A DNA stretch of 64,000 nucleotides from Schizochytrium sp. TIO01 (lineage: Eukaryota; Protista; Bigyra: Labyrinthulomycetes). Made by a program: the position numbers and the translations under genes. Positions 42,300 to 54,062 of the stretch are shown one piece after another (within the stretch, counting starts at the first letter, position 1; each line of letters opens with the position of its first letter). The notes below the pieces were generated by a model. It saw nothing but the letters and a program-made list of their open reading frames with translations. It searched no databases and was not told where the DNA came from. The stretch is taken from positions 8,104,761 through 8,168,760 of the forward strand of contig SMSO01000031.1 of assembly GCA_004764695.1 (NCBI GenBank), read 5' to 3'.

Positions 42300-45200
42300 A
42301 TGGGACTAGCATCAGGCTTGCGGGAGTTCACTCGACAGGTGGTGGTACTAGCAAAGAAAAATGCAATTCTCCAATGGAGGAATAAAGCATCAACCGCAAC
42401 ACAACTCTGTATTGGCGTGTTTTTCTTATTTCTCCTCTTGATTATGAACAATGCTGTTAAAAAGCTGAATGAACAAGATCAATATATGGTGGAAACCTTA
42501 CATCCTAATGTTGTGGATGCGTCATCAATAAAGCACTGTTTTGGTGTCAATTGTTATGATTTTGTCTATGCCCCAGCAGAGACGGTAACTAATTCATCCC
42601 TTGATGAAGCTCTAGAAGGAGTAATCGAGCTTGTTCGCGCTAGGCTCGACATTTCTGAAAGTCAAACCTTACGTTTTGAAAATGCAACAGTAATGAAATC
42701 TTGGATTTTGGAAAACCAAAATCGTACGAGTGCTGCGGTGTACTTTCCATTTCTTGAATCTTGGCTAGACTTAAGCGCAGGGGGCGTTTTTGAGGAATAT
42801 GTCTACGTTCTTCAGGTAAATCAGACAAAGACCTGCGCGGCAATTGGTGCCTGGGGTTGTGATGATCCTATTGCCGAAGTGGCAATCCCATTACAAACCT
42901 CGATTGATGGTGCGTTGGCGTCTTATTTTGGTGCTGCAGGTTCAGAAGGCGCATCGATTCGTGCATCCTTCTCTGACTTTCCACACCCTGACATGCCATC
43001 AAACTTCGATGTGGTTTCTTCGTTTGGTCCTTCGTTTCTTTACATTGCTGTAAGCTTCAACTATGTTATCCAACTTACTTTAATTGTTGAGGAGAAAGAG
43101 CTGCATTTACTTGAAGCTATGAAGCAAATGGGTATGATGTACAGTGCCTATTGGACATCATGGTTTTTAGTCAACACTGCGGTCAACACTCTCATGGTGT
43201 TACTGTTGGTTGCATTTGGTTCTGCATTCAAGCTAGAACTTTTTTCGGAGACTGCCACCGGGCTTCTCATCGTGTTTTTCTGGTTGTCTTCAATGTCATT
43301 CACTGCCTTGGCATTTCTGTTCTCAACTTTAACTCGAAGCACTTCAAGCGCTAGACTCATGGGTATTGGTATCTTTATTCTAACTTTTATCGCAGCGCCA
43401 ATCATGGTGTCTTTGCTAGTGGAGACTGGGGATCCTGCGGATGATACAGCACGTCGAGTCATGAGCTTGTTACCAATTTTTTCATTCTATCATGTATTAG
43501 ATACCATGATCGCTGAAAGTTCAGGCTCCTCAAACTTAGGCATGTCTTGGGATGATCGCCTGTTGAACATTCTCCCTGCTAATGATGATGGAATTAATGC
43601 GGTGTGGAGTATTCAAGATTCCTTTGGAGCTCTTATCAAAGGGTTTTTAATCATGACCGCGCTTGCTTGGTACTTAGATCATGTGATCCCAAACGAATAT
43701 GGAAAACGGGAATCTTTCATTTTCTTTTTGAAACCGTCGTACTGGTTGCCGCGCGGCACGAGACGTCAAGTGGCGCCAGAAGGAGGAGCCAAGAATCTAA
43801 AACAGAATAATCATCGCCGAGTTGAGCCAGATACAGCTCAGATGGATGACGATGTGGCTGAAGAAGCTAAAAATGTCTTCTCCCGTGACTTTGGAGGTCG
43901 AGAGGTTGCACTGGTTTTCGATAACTTGCGGAAAACGTTTCCAGGGGGCATGTTTGGGGTTGACTTTCACGCAGTGATGGGTCTCGATCTTGCCATTGAT
44001 GCAAATTCATGCTTCGTATTGCTTGGGCACAACGGTGCTGGGAAAACAACAACTCTTCGCATGCTAGCAGGAAATAGCGACGTTACACATGGTGATATTT
44101 CAGTGTTTGGGCGCTCCATTGTGCATGATATGGATGAAATTCGACAAATGATGGGGGTTTGCCCTCAGCATGATATTCTCTGGGATAAGCTTACAGCACG
44201 AGAGCACCTTCGTCTTTTCGCTGTAATCAAAGGTATGCCTGCAGGTAAAATTGAGGCTGAGGTGGAGCTCCGCCTTGAGCAAACTTCGCTCACGTTTGCC
44301 GCGGATGCTCCATCATCGTCCTACAGTGGAGGCATGAAAAGACGTCTGTCCATTGCCATCGCACTGATTGGAGATCCCAAACTCGTAACCTTAGATGAAC
44401 CTACAACTGGGATGGATGTTGAGACACGACGCGAAGTATGGGAAATGATTAGTAAGGCTAAAAAAGGTCGGGTTATTATTCTTACGACTCACTCGATGGA
44501 GGAAGCTGATATCCTTGGAGATCGTATTGGTGTTATGAGTAAAGGTCGTATGCAGGCTCTTGGAACTAGTCTACGACTTAAGTCCAAATTTGGTCGCGGG
44601 TACCGGTTGGAGGTTATGCTTTCACCACAAGCAGACCGTGCACGTATCGAAGAGACATTTCGGCCCCAGGCTCCTGAAGGAACTATAATTCAGGCAAAAT
44701 CATCCACATCCTCCACTGGTGACAATCACATGGTTCTTCAACTACCACGAATGAACGAGAGCGAAGTTCTTGTTCGCTTTCTAGCTTTCATTGAGTCGTC
44801 TCAATCTTCTCTTGGGATTGAAGATTTAGCATTGAGCCTTTCAACACTTGAAGAGGTCTTTATTCGTCTTTCACAGGAAGATCATTTCATCGCTCAGGAA
44901 GAAGAGATAGCAAAAGTACCAGGGGCACTGACAACAGAATTTAAGGCTAGAAATATGGGCACTCGAGTTCAGTTTAATGCTCTCTTGCAGAAGTCTATCA
45001 CGTACCAGTGCAAGCAAAAGACAAGCTGTTGTATGCTTACGATTTTCCCCATGGTGATTATGCTTTTGTTGCTTGCACTTGATTCTGCTCTCTTAACTCC
45101 TTTCAAGCTTGAGGCTATGTGTGGATCGGGAATTAAGACGAAAGAGGAATGCATTGAGTCTGGCTACGACTTGGATTGCGTGAGCCAGCTTGCAACGTAC

Positions 45201-48200
45201 TCTTCACCGAGCGCGCTTTCAGCAGTCGTTGGCCAGATCTCTACGTCAGGTCGACGTGGAGGCATTAATCCTAACTGTGATTCATCTGGATGTTTTACAG
45301 GTCTTGAGGTACCGCGCTATGATCAAATTCCTATCTACGTCAGCACAGCAGCAGGATCAGAATACCTAGGCTCACACAGCTCTTCTCAAACATTCGAAGC
45401 AACTACAGCTCGTGAGTCTCTTGCAGAGTGGTGGGCCAATATGAACTTCTTGCTACGGAATGATACATGTGAGCAAATATACAGTAACCATCTCGATGAG
45501 AGTGAGGCTTGTGCCGATGAATCAGGTGCTGACGCGGTATCTTGCCAGGCACGAATTCGATCATTGCAGTCTGCTGCTGATTACGTAGACTCTGATAATG
45601 GCACGGACACTTCCAGTGCAGGCCTTGGTATTTGTTCGCGGGGGTCGGATGGTAATTTGCTAGTGCCTACGCTGTCTGAGATTGTGCAAATTTATACCTG
45701 GCAGCAAGAAAGAGATGCTTGCTTAGCACTTGCAGATGCGCAAGTGTGGGCACACTTAGCTAGTGCAAATTTTTCTGACTGGTTCGCCACAATTACAGCC
45801 GAAGAAACCATTGAAGGTTTGTTAGGAGAAGTTGAGTTACCTATGTTTACTCAGTCCTACGTACAAACTTTCACAAAAAGAGTGTTAACAATGCTCCTAA
45901 ATGGCGCTGGAAGTATGTTTCAGCTTGATCCTATAGCTGGCGTTAGCTATGGCTGCGATGTAGCAAATTCTGAAGTGTTCGTTATGGCTTCTGTTATTCT
46001 TTCTATTGTCAGCAGTGCTAACCTTGCTGGCATTGTGGTTGATGGGGACAAAGCATTCCAGAATGTCTGCCTATTTGCTAAACATTTGGATATAGTTCGA
46101 GGCCTCTCATACAACCAAACATGGTCATCGGCTTCCGATATGCGTCTGCGAGGTATATTTGATGCCTGGGGTGGTCATGAAGTAGAGACCGAGCTCATGA
46201 GATCCTCCAAGGAGTATCTTCTTGAGGAATCGCAATATTTTGCTCACCAATACTACGCACATTGGCAGGCGTACGAAATTCATGATATTTCTACATCAGG
46301 TATTAATTTTACTGCCTACTACAACAACTCTGCCACATCAAATACTCACCATGGAAATTGGTATGCTTTGGTCAATCTCATTGATAATGCGTTTGTAAAG
46401 AATGCAACAGGACGTGGGGTGCGAATGCTTACGGAGAGCTTTCCAACAGCATTTGTCTGCAACCGTGACGAGTGGCTTCAGGGAGAGGCCGAATCTCTGA
46501 AATGTGATTTGCTACAAGGATTTCTTGCTCTCTCGGTGCTCGATTTTCTAGGCATCACTTTGTTTCCTTATTTGCTGATGGCTCATATGTTTGTAGTGGT
46601 CAACTTGGTTGTCTATGAGAAAGAAAACCGTCTGCGTATGATCATGAAGATGATGGGACTAAGTATGCGTGTTTACTGGGCTGTCAATTATATCTTTTAT
46701 TTTACTCAATACATATTAATGGTATTGATGATGTGGGGCATGGGCATTGCAGCAAATGTACAAACGTTTTCCCTACACGATTCTGCGGTCGTGTTTTTGG
46801 TCTTGTTTTCCTGGGGAAATCTACTTGTTGTGTTTGCAATGTTTTTATCAGTCTTCTTTAAATCATCGCGCACCAGTACGGCAGGCGTCTTTCTTTTGAT
46901 GCTCATTCTAAACACAACTGGAGCAAGTTTGCTTCAGACGCTCACAGAGGACCCGAATACTACAGAATCTGCATTTACTTTCTACATGCTAATCCCTCCG
47001 CTTGTGATGATCCGAGCCATGCTTTGGCTCGGATTGGCCGGAGCGTTCAATGAAGCAATCACTTTGGAAAATTGGAACACGTTTGCAGATGGTGCTGTGC
47101 CTCGATGCGTTGGTTTTATGTGGATGCATGTGATCCTCTTCGGCCTTTTGATGTGGTACTTGGATAAAGTCCTAGCAGTCGGATACGGTGTACCAGAGCA
47201 TCCCTTGTTCTTTTTGAATAAAGAGTACTGGAGGCCATCTACGAACCAGGGTACTGGTGATTTGGCATCGGAGCCCCTTCCAGACTGTATGAAAGATGCT
47301 TCTATGCCTGAGGATGTGAAAGCCGAACATGAGCGGGCAGTCAGGTCAGACTGTAATGATCTTGTACGGGTTGCCCGCTTGCACAAGCAATACAGCAAGG
47401 ACAATATTGCTGTACGCTCTGTTTCTTTGTCTATTCGAGAGAAGGAGTGCTTTGCCCTTCTCGGACACAATGGGGCTGGCAAAACCACAACTATCAACTG
47501 CCTGACAGGTCTCTTTCCTCCAACCTCTGGCAATGCGATGATCCAAGGATACTCTATTCGAACAGCTTTAGATAAAATCTATCAAAGAATGGGCGTATGC
47601 CCGCAGCATGACATAATCTGGGAAACTTTAAGTGGGCCTGAGCACCTGCGCTTTTACGGGAGACTTAAGGGCCTCCGTGGTACTGAACTGCGTGAGGCTG
47701 TGAAAAAGGCATTGCATGACGTTAATTTGACCTACGCAGGCAACAGGCCTGCTGGAAAGTATTCTGGAGGCATGAAACGCAGACTTTCAACAGCTATATC
47801 GCTCATTGCAGATCCACTTGTTGTGTATTTAGACGAACCTAGCACAGGCCTTGACCCAGCATCTCGACAGCAATTGATCCAGGTGATATCACGAGCAAAG
47901 GGCGATAAAGCAGTCGTTCTGACGACACACTCCATGGAAGAAGCTGACCTTCTCGCAGATCGTGTTGGGATTATGTCGCATGGCTTGCTGCAATGCATCG
48001 GGACTCCTGCAGAACTGAAGCAGCGTTTTGGCAAGGGTTACACCTGTCAGATTACGACCAAAGAAAAAACAGAAGCCGCACATAAACATGTGCTTGACTT
48101 TGTGCAGCAGCTGTTCCCCTCGGCCAAACTCCGTAACGAGCAGCTCGCTGGTACCTCGAATTTCGAAATTGATCGAAAGGAAATTGTTCTTTCAGAAACC

Positions 48201-48317
48201 ATTCGTAAGATCGAGGCAGCTCGACAGGACTTGGGTATCATAGATTTTGGTCTTTCGGCAACGACCTTGGAGGAAGTTTTTGTTTACCTTTCGAGAAATC
48301 AGCCTGTTGCTGCGTGA
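42300..48317 (+). CDS. ABCA: Full-length ABCA-family transporter
   Basis: 2005 aa in TMD-NBD-TMD-NBD order; GHNGAGKTT twice, YSGGMKRRLS twice, LDEPT/LDEPS, LTTHSMEEAD, EKE motifs, TLEEVF. Confidence 0.96.
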   Translation: MGLASGLREFTRQVVVLAKKNAILQWRNKASTATQLCIGVFFLFLLLIMNNAVKKLNEQDQYMVETLHPNVVDASSIKHCFGVNCYDFVYAPAETVTNSSLDEALEGVIELVRARLDISESQTLRFENATVMKSWILENQNRTSAAVYFPFLESWLDLSAGGVFEEYVYVLQVNQTKTCAAIGAWGCDDPIAEVAIPLQTSIDGALASYFGAAGSEGASIRASFSDFPHPDMPSNFDVVSSFGPSFLYIAVSFNYVIQLTLIVEEKELHLLEAMKQMGMMYSAYWTSWFLVNTAVNTLMVLLLVAFGSAFKLELFSETATGLLIVFFWLSSMSFTALAFLFSTLTRSTSSARLMGIGIFILTFIAAPIMVSLLVETGDPADDTARRVMSLLPIFSFYHVLDTMIAESSGSSNLGMSWDDRLLNILPANDDGINAVWSIQDSFGALIKGFLIMTALAWYLDHVIPNEYGKRESFIFFLKPSYWLPRGTRRQVAPEGGAKNLKQNNHRRVEPDTAQMDDDVAEEAKNVFSRDFGGREVALVFDNLRKTFPGGMFGVDFHAVMGLDLAIDANSCFVLLGHNGAGKTTTLRMLAGNSDVTHGDISVFGRSIVHDMDEIRQMMGVCPQHDILWDKLTAREHLRLFAVIKGMPAGKIEAEVELRLEQTSLTFAADAPSSSYSGGMKRRLSIAIALIGDPKLVTLDEPTTGMDVETRREVWEMISKAKKGRVIILTTHSMEEADILGDRIGVMSKGRMQALGTSLRLKSKFGRGYRLEVMLSPQADRARIEETFRPQAPEGTIIQAKSSTSSTGDNHMVLQLPRMNESEVLVRFLAFIESSQSSLGIEDLALSLSTLEEVFIRLSQEDHFIAQEEEIAKVPGALTTEFKARNMGTRVQFNALLQKSITYQCKQKTSCCMLTIFPMVIMLLLLALDSALLTPFKLEAMCGSGIKTKEECIESGYDLDCVSQLATYSSPSALSAVVGQISTSGRRGGINPNCDSSGCFTGLEVPRYDQIPIYVSTAAGSEYLGSHSSSQTFEATTARESLAEWWANMNFLLRNDTCEQIYSNHLDESEACADESGADAVSCQARIRSLQSAADYVDSDNGTDTSSAGLGICSRGSDGNLLVPTLSEIVQIYTWQQERDACLALADAQVWAHLASANFSDWFATITAEETIEGLLGEVELPMFTQSYVQTFTKRVLTMLLNGAGSMFQLDPIAGVSYGCDVANSEVFVMASVILSIVSSANLAGIVVDGDKAFQNVCLFAKHLDIVRGLSYNQTWSSASDMRLRGIFDAWGGHEVETELMRSSKEYLLEESQYFAHQYYAHWQAYEIHDISTSGINFTAYYNNSATSNTHHGNWYALVNLIDNAFVKNATGRGVRMLTESFPTAFVCNRDEWLQGEAESLKCDLLQGFLALSVLDFLGITLFPYLLMAHMFVVVNLVVYEKENRLRMIMKMMGLSMRVYWAVNYIFYFTQYILMVLMMWGMGIAANVQTFSLHDSAVVFLVLFSWGNLLVVFAMFLSVFFKSSRTSTAGVFLLMLILNTTGASLLQTLTEDPNTTESAFTFYMLIPPLVMIRAMLWLGLAGAFNEAITLENWNTFADGAVPRCVGFMWMHVILFGLLMWYLDKVLAVGYGVPEHPLFFLNKEYWRPSTNQGTGDLASEPLPDCMKDASMPEDVKAEHERAVRSDCNDLVRVARLHKQYSKDNIAVRSVSLSIREKECFALLGHNGAGKTTTINCLTGLFPPTSGNAMIQGYSIRTALDKIYQRMGVCPQHDIIWETLSGPEHLRFYGRLKGLRGTELREAVKKALHDVNLTYAGNRPAGKYSGGMKRRLSTAISLIADPLVVYLDEPSTGLDPASRQQLIQVISRAKGDKAVVLTTHSMEEADLLADRVGIMSHGLLQCIGTPAELKQRFGKGYTCQITTKEKTEAAHKHVLDFVQQLFPSAKLRNEQLAGTSNFEIDRKEIVLSETIRKIEAARQDLGIIDFGLSATTLEEVFVYLSRNQPVAA

Positions 48318-49247
48318 TGAGTGTTATTTCCTATAAATGTTGACCGAGGGGAATCTTGATATGTTCAAGGTTTTCAAGGTTTTTATTTTAATTAAAGTTT
48401 TATTCTTTATTAATTAGCCGGGTGGTCTTGAAAAAGAAGCTACACTTCACTTCGTGGATATATAATAACTAATGTTCTATACTCCTACAAAACTCTGTGA
48501 ACGCCCTAGAACTACTGAGACTTTGGTTTTTGAACCACAAAAGAAGTAACATATAATGCGGATAATTTGGGGTTTGATGTATCATACTTAACATGGTGGC
48601 TTGTCCCAAAGTTTGAATATATATGTATTGTTTTCAGTAAAAGAATAAAAAAAAGAAATTTAAATTATGCTTAACTCTAAGACACCCCTCTCATATATTC
48701 TTCGACAGTTGCTCTATAAAGCTTTTCTCCCTTAGAGAGACCACGATAGAGCGCTAAGTATATGCACTTCGGAAATGAAAGAGTTTATTTTTGGTCTAGC
48801 TACACGTTTTGGCACCCCGCGTGGGTTTGTTTATTCATATAAAATGCTACGAGGAAGGGTGCAATGAATCAGCAAAGTGTTTTTCAGGAATGGCCTTTGA
48901 CACACAAATGCACACAAACGTGATGAAGATAGCACTATAAGAAAAGTTGCTCCCAAATCGCAATTAAATCAGCACATACAAAGGTCACCACGCATTTTAG
49001 AATAACAACAGGGTGAACGTGATGAATACGTTTTCGCAATTTTCCCATTTTCCCATCTCATCGAACGAGAACTTATTTCAAGGCTAGCATGGAGTGAGAA
49101 TTCCTTTCTGCCGAGGTACAAATGAAGTCTTGGTGTTGTAAATAAATCAGCACACAAGAGGATTGAAAACGACTCCGTGTGCTTCTTTGCCATCGATTTG
49201 CTGCATGGCGTTGAAGGAAAGAGCTTGGGAATAACCAATTATACTCT

Positions 49248-50546
49248 TTAAGAGAGGCTCAGCTCACCACGAGGATGGTTGGGGTCAAGGGGCTCAAAAT
49301 GGCTTTCAATGAAGTCTTGCGGGACGTCCTTAACAGAAGAAAACTTCCACTTGGGCGAGTGGTCCTTGTCAACTAGAACAGCACGCACACCTTCAACGAA
49401 GTCGCCTTCCGGGTGGCAGATTCGCTGGGTAAGGCGGTACTCGTTGATAAGAGCATCATCGATACCTACTTTCTCGTCAGCATGGCGGGTCAAAGCCTCA
49501 AAGGAGAGGCAAACAGAGCTAGGAGAAGCGTTTTGGATAGCCTTGAGAGACTTGCCAGCCCAGGTGCGGTCATCTTCATGAACTGACGAATCATTGGCCA
49601 TAGACTCAAGGCGCTCGAGAATCTCGTGTACAGACTCGGCCTTAGCAAAGCACTTTTTGATGGCTTCATGACGCGCTTCAAGACTCATAACAGCGTCCTT
49701 TGGTGCCGGAGGCTGGGCGTTCTTACCAAAGTACTTCAAAACTTCGTCGATGGCCTCAGGGGTAGATGAAACCTGCGCGATCTCGCGGCAGACCTCGTCG
49801 AAGGTAGCTTCCGGTACGTAATGTGTGGTGAGACCAGCGTACATGCAGTCCGCAGCGCCCAGACGTGCGCCACTCAGCGCGAGGTACATGCCAATCTCAG
49901 GTCCACCCGAGAGACGCGAAAGAGCGTATGTGCCACCAACGTCGGGGAAGAGTCCAATACCAATTTCCGGCATGGCAAAGAGCGTCTTCTCAGTGGCCAC
50001 ACGGATCTTGCCATGCAGACTAAGGCCAACACCACCGCCCATGGTGACACCATCCCAAAAACTGACTTGAACGAGTCCAGAGCGGTCAAACGCAGTGGCA
50101 ATGCGGTGGTTGAGCTGGTATTCTTCGTAGAAGAAGTCGTGAACAATCTTGCTGTCGGTGAGGGCGCTTTCACGGACTGAGGCGACGTCTCCGCCGGCAC
50201 AGAATGCCTTGTCACCAGTTCCGTGCATAATAAGCGTATGGGGTTGTCCTGAGCTCACCCAGCGGTCGTAATGCGGTCTGATTCTACGTACCATGTCAAG
50301 GTCTAACGCGTTGAATTTCTTGGAGCGGTTGAGTACAATTTCATTCACCGTCGGCGCCCGCTCACGGATAACAACGGGATCATCGCTTTCCACCTTGGAT
50401 GCGGGAGTCTGCGAAAACACTGAACCAGCCGTCGAGGAAGCCATGCTGCGCAGGAAGGTTGTCCCCTGGACGTCGCGTCTCAAGATACCCGAAAGGTTTC
50501 TGCTGCTGCAGAGAACCGCCACTCTACCACTGCTTCCACTGTGCAT
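49248..50546 (-). CDS. HIBCH: 3-hydroxyisobutyryl-CoA hydrolase (crotonase superfamily), probably mitochondrial
   Basis: LNRSKKFNALD, AFCAGGDV, FFYEEYQLN, DGVTMGGGVGLS, FAMPEIGIGLFPDVGG, DFVEGVRAVLVDKDHSPKW. Confidence 0.93.
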   Translation of the reverse strand: MHSGSSGRVAVLCSSRNLSGILRRDVQGTTFLRSMASSTAGSVFSQTPASKVESDDPVVIRERAPTVNEIVLNRSKKFNALDLDMVRRIRPHYDRWVSSGQPHTLIMHGTGDKAFCAGGDVASVRESALTDSKIVHDFFYEEYQLNHRIATAFDRSGLVQVSFWDGVTMGGGVGLSLHGKIRVATEKTLFAMPEIGIGLFPDVGGTYALSRLSGGPEIGMYLALSGARLGAADCMYAGLTTHYVPEATFDEVCREIAQVSSTPEAIDEVLKYFGKNAQPPAPKDAVMSLEARHEAIKKCFAKAESVHEILERLESMANDSSVHEDDRTWAGKSLKAIQNASPSSVCLSFEALTRHADEKVGIDDALINEYRLTQRICHPEGDFVEGVRAVLVDKDHSPKWKFSSVKDVPQDFIESHFEPLDPNHPRGELSLS

Positions 50547-50602
50547 GCTAGCTAGCTAACTAACTAACTAACTAACTAACTCACTCACTCACTCACTCAC
50601 TC
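50547..50602. repeat. Compound tetranucleotide microsatellite (GCTA/AACT/CACT) immediately upstream of the HIBCH start
   Basis: Direct reading. Confidence 0.85.
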
Positions 50603-51180
50603 CTTAAAAGAGCAATCTACCTTTTCGATCCCAAATCAACGACCGCCTGCAGGCCAATCCGGGCGGCAAACTAGCACCAGTCAGCGCCAACCCTCCACGC
50701 CTTCAACTATCCTTCGACTGCGCAGCCTTAGCCCAAGTTCCCTTCGCTGCGGCGTTGGTTTCCTCTATTCGCAAACCCAAGTGAGTTCTGGTTCTGCCGC
50801 TCCTTTGGCGATTCTTCTCGTCTCGAGCGCTCTTAGGCCTTCCTTACCAGCGCTACCACGGCGGGACTCCTACCCATACCTATAAGTGGCCCCTAGCGCG
50901 CCCCTGGGTGGACTGAGAGACAATCTTTGGCAAATCTTCTTTCTAATTTGGAGCGTCATCTTCATCGAAAACTTTGCAATTCAGTCTGTGGGTCGCAAGA
51001 AAACTCGAGACGAAGCCGATCGTCTCTGCCGTCACCTGCGTCGAAGCCTTCTCTGAAGGGTCCACCTGCGTCGAAGCTTTTGGGGCACTGCCTCTGTTCA
51101 AGTGGAAGAAGCTGAGGCCGACCGGCGCAAGATCAATCTTTGTGAGAGTGAGTGTTTCGTGTTATAAACAAACAATAACA

Positions 51181-51262
51181 ATAAATAAATAAATTAATTA
51201 ATTAATTAATTAATTCATTCATTCATTCATTTACTCATTCATTCATTTACTCATTCATTCAT
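51181..51262 (+). repeat. (AAAT)/(AATT)/(ATTC)n compound microsatellite
   Basis: Direct reading. Confidence 0.85.
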
Positions 51263-52998
51263 CGACTTTCATTATTCGCGCATTGCAAATTGTAAAAGAG
51301 AGCATTCCACACTGCGCGATAAAGAAAGAGGTCGCGAGTTCCATCATTCTCAAGGTTTGTGGAAATTCAATGACGCAGTTCGCAAAGGATGCTTTGTGGA
51401 CTTTGTTTGGCTTTGGTTGAAGGCGAAGATTGAGCTGTTCCGCGTTCTGTTCTGTTTTGGAGCTGAGTTTGTGCCCTCTTTGGAGGTTGAGAGTTCGCAG
51501 AACTTGGACCAAACGAGGTCTGCAGGAGACCTCGAAGGCTTCGAAGACGTCGAAGACGCGCGGGGCTGCGAGGAAAGGAAGCGAGGCAGGGAGAGAGGGC
51601 ACGGAGAGCACGGGCGAGCGGATACCGTGAGCTGGAGCGGGATACGATTGGTAGGTACCCAAGAAAACTTGAGGAAGCTTGGGCCCGTATTGTTTGTCAT
51701 TGCGCAGAATTCTTTATCGATTCTGAACATTTTTTAAGTTATGAAGTACAAGAATAGAATAAAATAAAATAGAATAGAATAAAATAAAATAGAAATTGTT
51801 GTCGTATATAGGTATATAGGGCCTGTCTTCTTTTTTAATCACATTTTGGATAATTATTTTTTAAAATGGGAAACTTTAATTAGTATATGATGAAATAAAA
51901 TAAAATAAAGGAGGCGCTAAAAAAAAATATAATATATATTTTTTAGAGCTTAGTATTCGAGGACTGCAAAGCAGAAGAGAAGAGGTGGAAATAGACTAGA
52001 GATGGCGTATGGGGCGTTGTCAGCTGAAGCCGATTCCCGCTTCTGCTGCGATTTGAGGGTAAAATTGAAGAGTACGGGGATCCTATTAATTTGATAAACA
52101 TAAACAAGAAGGCTTTTGATTTTTATTTAATTATTATAAAATTAAAAAAGAAATTAAAAGGGAAAGAAGAAAAAAATATAAAACATTCGGAAACAAATTT
52201 GGATAGGAATCACAAAATTGAACCACAAATTACGGAGACCCAAATCTAAGCTGAGCCATCCTTCGATTGCACGCCAATCTGAGCCTTCACGACGTCCATG
52301 CGAAGGCGCAGTCGCTCCCTCTATTTACACTTTTGAGCTTTGGCCTTTGCAAGTCGAGCTGTTGTCAGTTTGTCTCGAGTTTTGATCTCCTTGTACGTGT
52401 TCGAACTTAGAAATAATCAAACACACAGAGAGAAATCCTGCTAGGCTCTAACTAGCTGTAACACTAGTAGGCCCTGGCAGCCAATTGGTACTACCTTCGA
52501 CTACCAAATCAAAGTGGAAGGAAACGCGGAGATTCTTGGATCGCTAACGATGTCGTTTCCGGCGGCAAGTTGGATCCCGTTCGAGTGCGAAGTTATTGTC
52601 GTGGTTGGCGTTCTTGAAGCACCCATTGGCCAAGCCTGGCACGCTCTGCGCTCGCAGCAATGGCCAAGGCCTCGAAGCGACGAAAGTACCGGCCCGCCTC
52701 GAGGCAAGCCTGGCGATCGCCGATCTGGTCAATCGCGCCTCGAAGGGTTGGACTGAGCTAGTTATCGAGATCTTCATCAGTTTGGATGCCAATCAGATAC
52801 GAAATGATTAGAGCTGCGGCCTTTATTTGTTTATGGAAAGCGTGGGTTGGCAGAAACTTCCCGAGCTGACACCGCCGCGACCACAGAAGACTTCGCGGCC
52901 GCTCCGGAGCTGAGTGACTGCCCGGAGGCGGGTAGCGTTATCTTTTTTATTGGAGCTTCGCTTCTGATCGTGGGGAAATTGTCACCATCGCTCTTAGG

Positions 52999-53750
52999 AT
53001 GCAGAGCACATCTCGTTGGTGGAGCGCGATCGTCGCAGTGGCATTAGGTGCTGCGATGATCACGACGACGTCCGTTCACGCAAGCCGACTCTTCCTCTTC
53101 GGCTTCGGCTGATCTCGTATCATTACCAGGACATCGAAACCACACATCTTCAGTCGAGTCGAAGAAGGCACCCCGTGCTTTGTCGATTATTGCTCAGACC
53201 GATTGTTCTGAGCATGCCTTGATGCCCATGGGTGCGAAGACTTCTTTGTTGGCGAGTTCCCTTGGCCAGCGGCCTGGAGAGTTTTGAGAGCTATGGTGAA
53301 TGTCGCTCACTGGAAAAGACGATCCGCTAGCGAACGAGAAAACTTTGCGTCACCTAGCAGCCATGTTGGAAAAACACCAAAACAGTATGGAGGAAAGCTA
53401 ATTAATCATGTCTTCCACCACCATGTGACTACTGTAAGTGACAGTCAATTACCAAGACTCCACTGCCTATCACGTTGAAAAGCGCGGCAGTGGCCAAAAC
53501 ATACAAAACTCCTTTTCCAGTGACTACAGAGGAGGGGGTCATCAGAGGCCATTCAACAGGTGAGACTTGTAGCTACCTGAAAACTGCATCGTAATCATGG
53601 GAACCGCATCTCAATGCCAACGGCAGTAGAGTATATTGTAAACTTCAAGAGAAGGTTGATCGATGGCGACGCCTGACAGCCGATTTCTAGTCTTGTTATG
53701 GAGAAAAGGAAGGTGCATTGCGAGTCCACCTAGCTCGGAGAGATTAAAAT
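52999..53750 (+). pseudogene. Degraded secreted-protein gene
   Basis: Signal peptide MQSTSRWWSAIVAVALGAAMITTTSVHA, then a frameshift and multiple stops. Confidence 0.4.
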
Positions 53751-54062
53751 GCTGCAACTCATATTTTAGGTGTCTAGTAGTTAAAAGATGAAAGGAAACA
53801 GTTTTAAAGACAATATTTATTCTTCTTCTTTTTAAAAATATGAAAAGTGGAATAAAATTCTACACTAATGTTGCACATTTTCGATTTCAATAGCCCATGA
53901 GAGTAGCGACGGGTTGAAATAGCGCAAAGTTGCAGCTTTTGAAATTTACACAGGCAAGATCAAAGCAGATATATATAAGGTTAAGGAAAAGGTAAAATAG
54001 CAGGAAATGGAGCGTGCATACTGAGCAGCAAGACAGTGCCGAAAAGTTGATATAGGCCGCAA

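Noticed and set aside
48810-48826. PBS-like TGGCACCCCGCGTGGG
   Set aside because: No paired LTR or gag-like sequence nearby.
51032-51080. Duplicated CACCTGCGTCGAAGC and TCGAAG-rich tracts (also ~51530-51560 and 52660-52745)
   Set aside because: Only two copies and low complexity; no supportable element or coding function.
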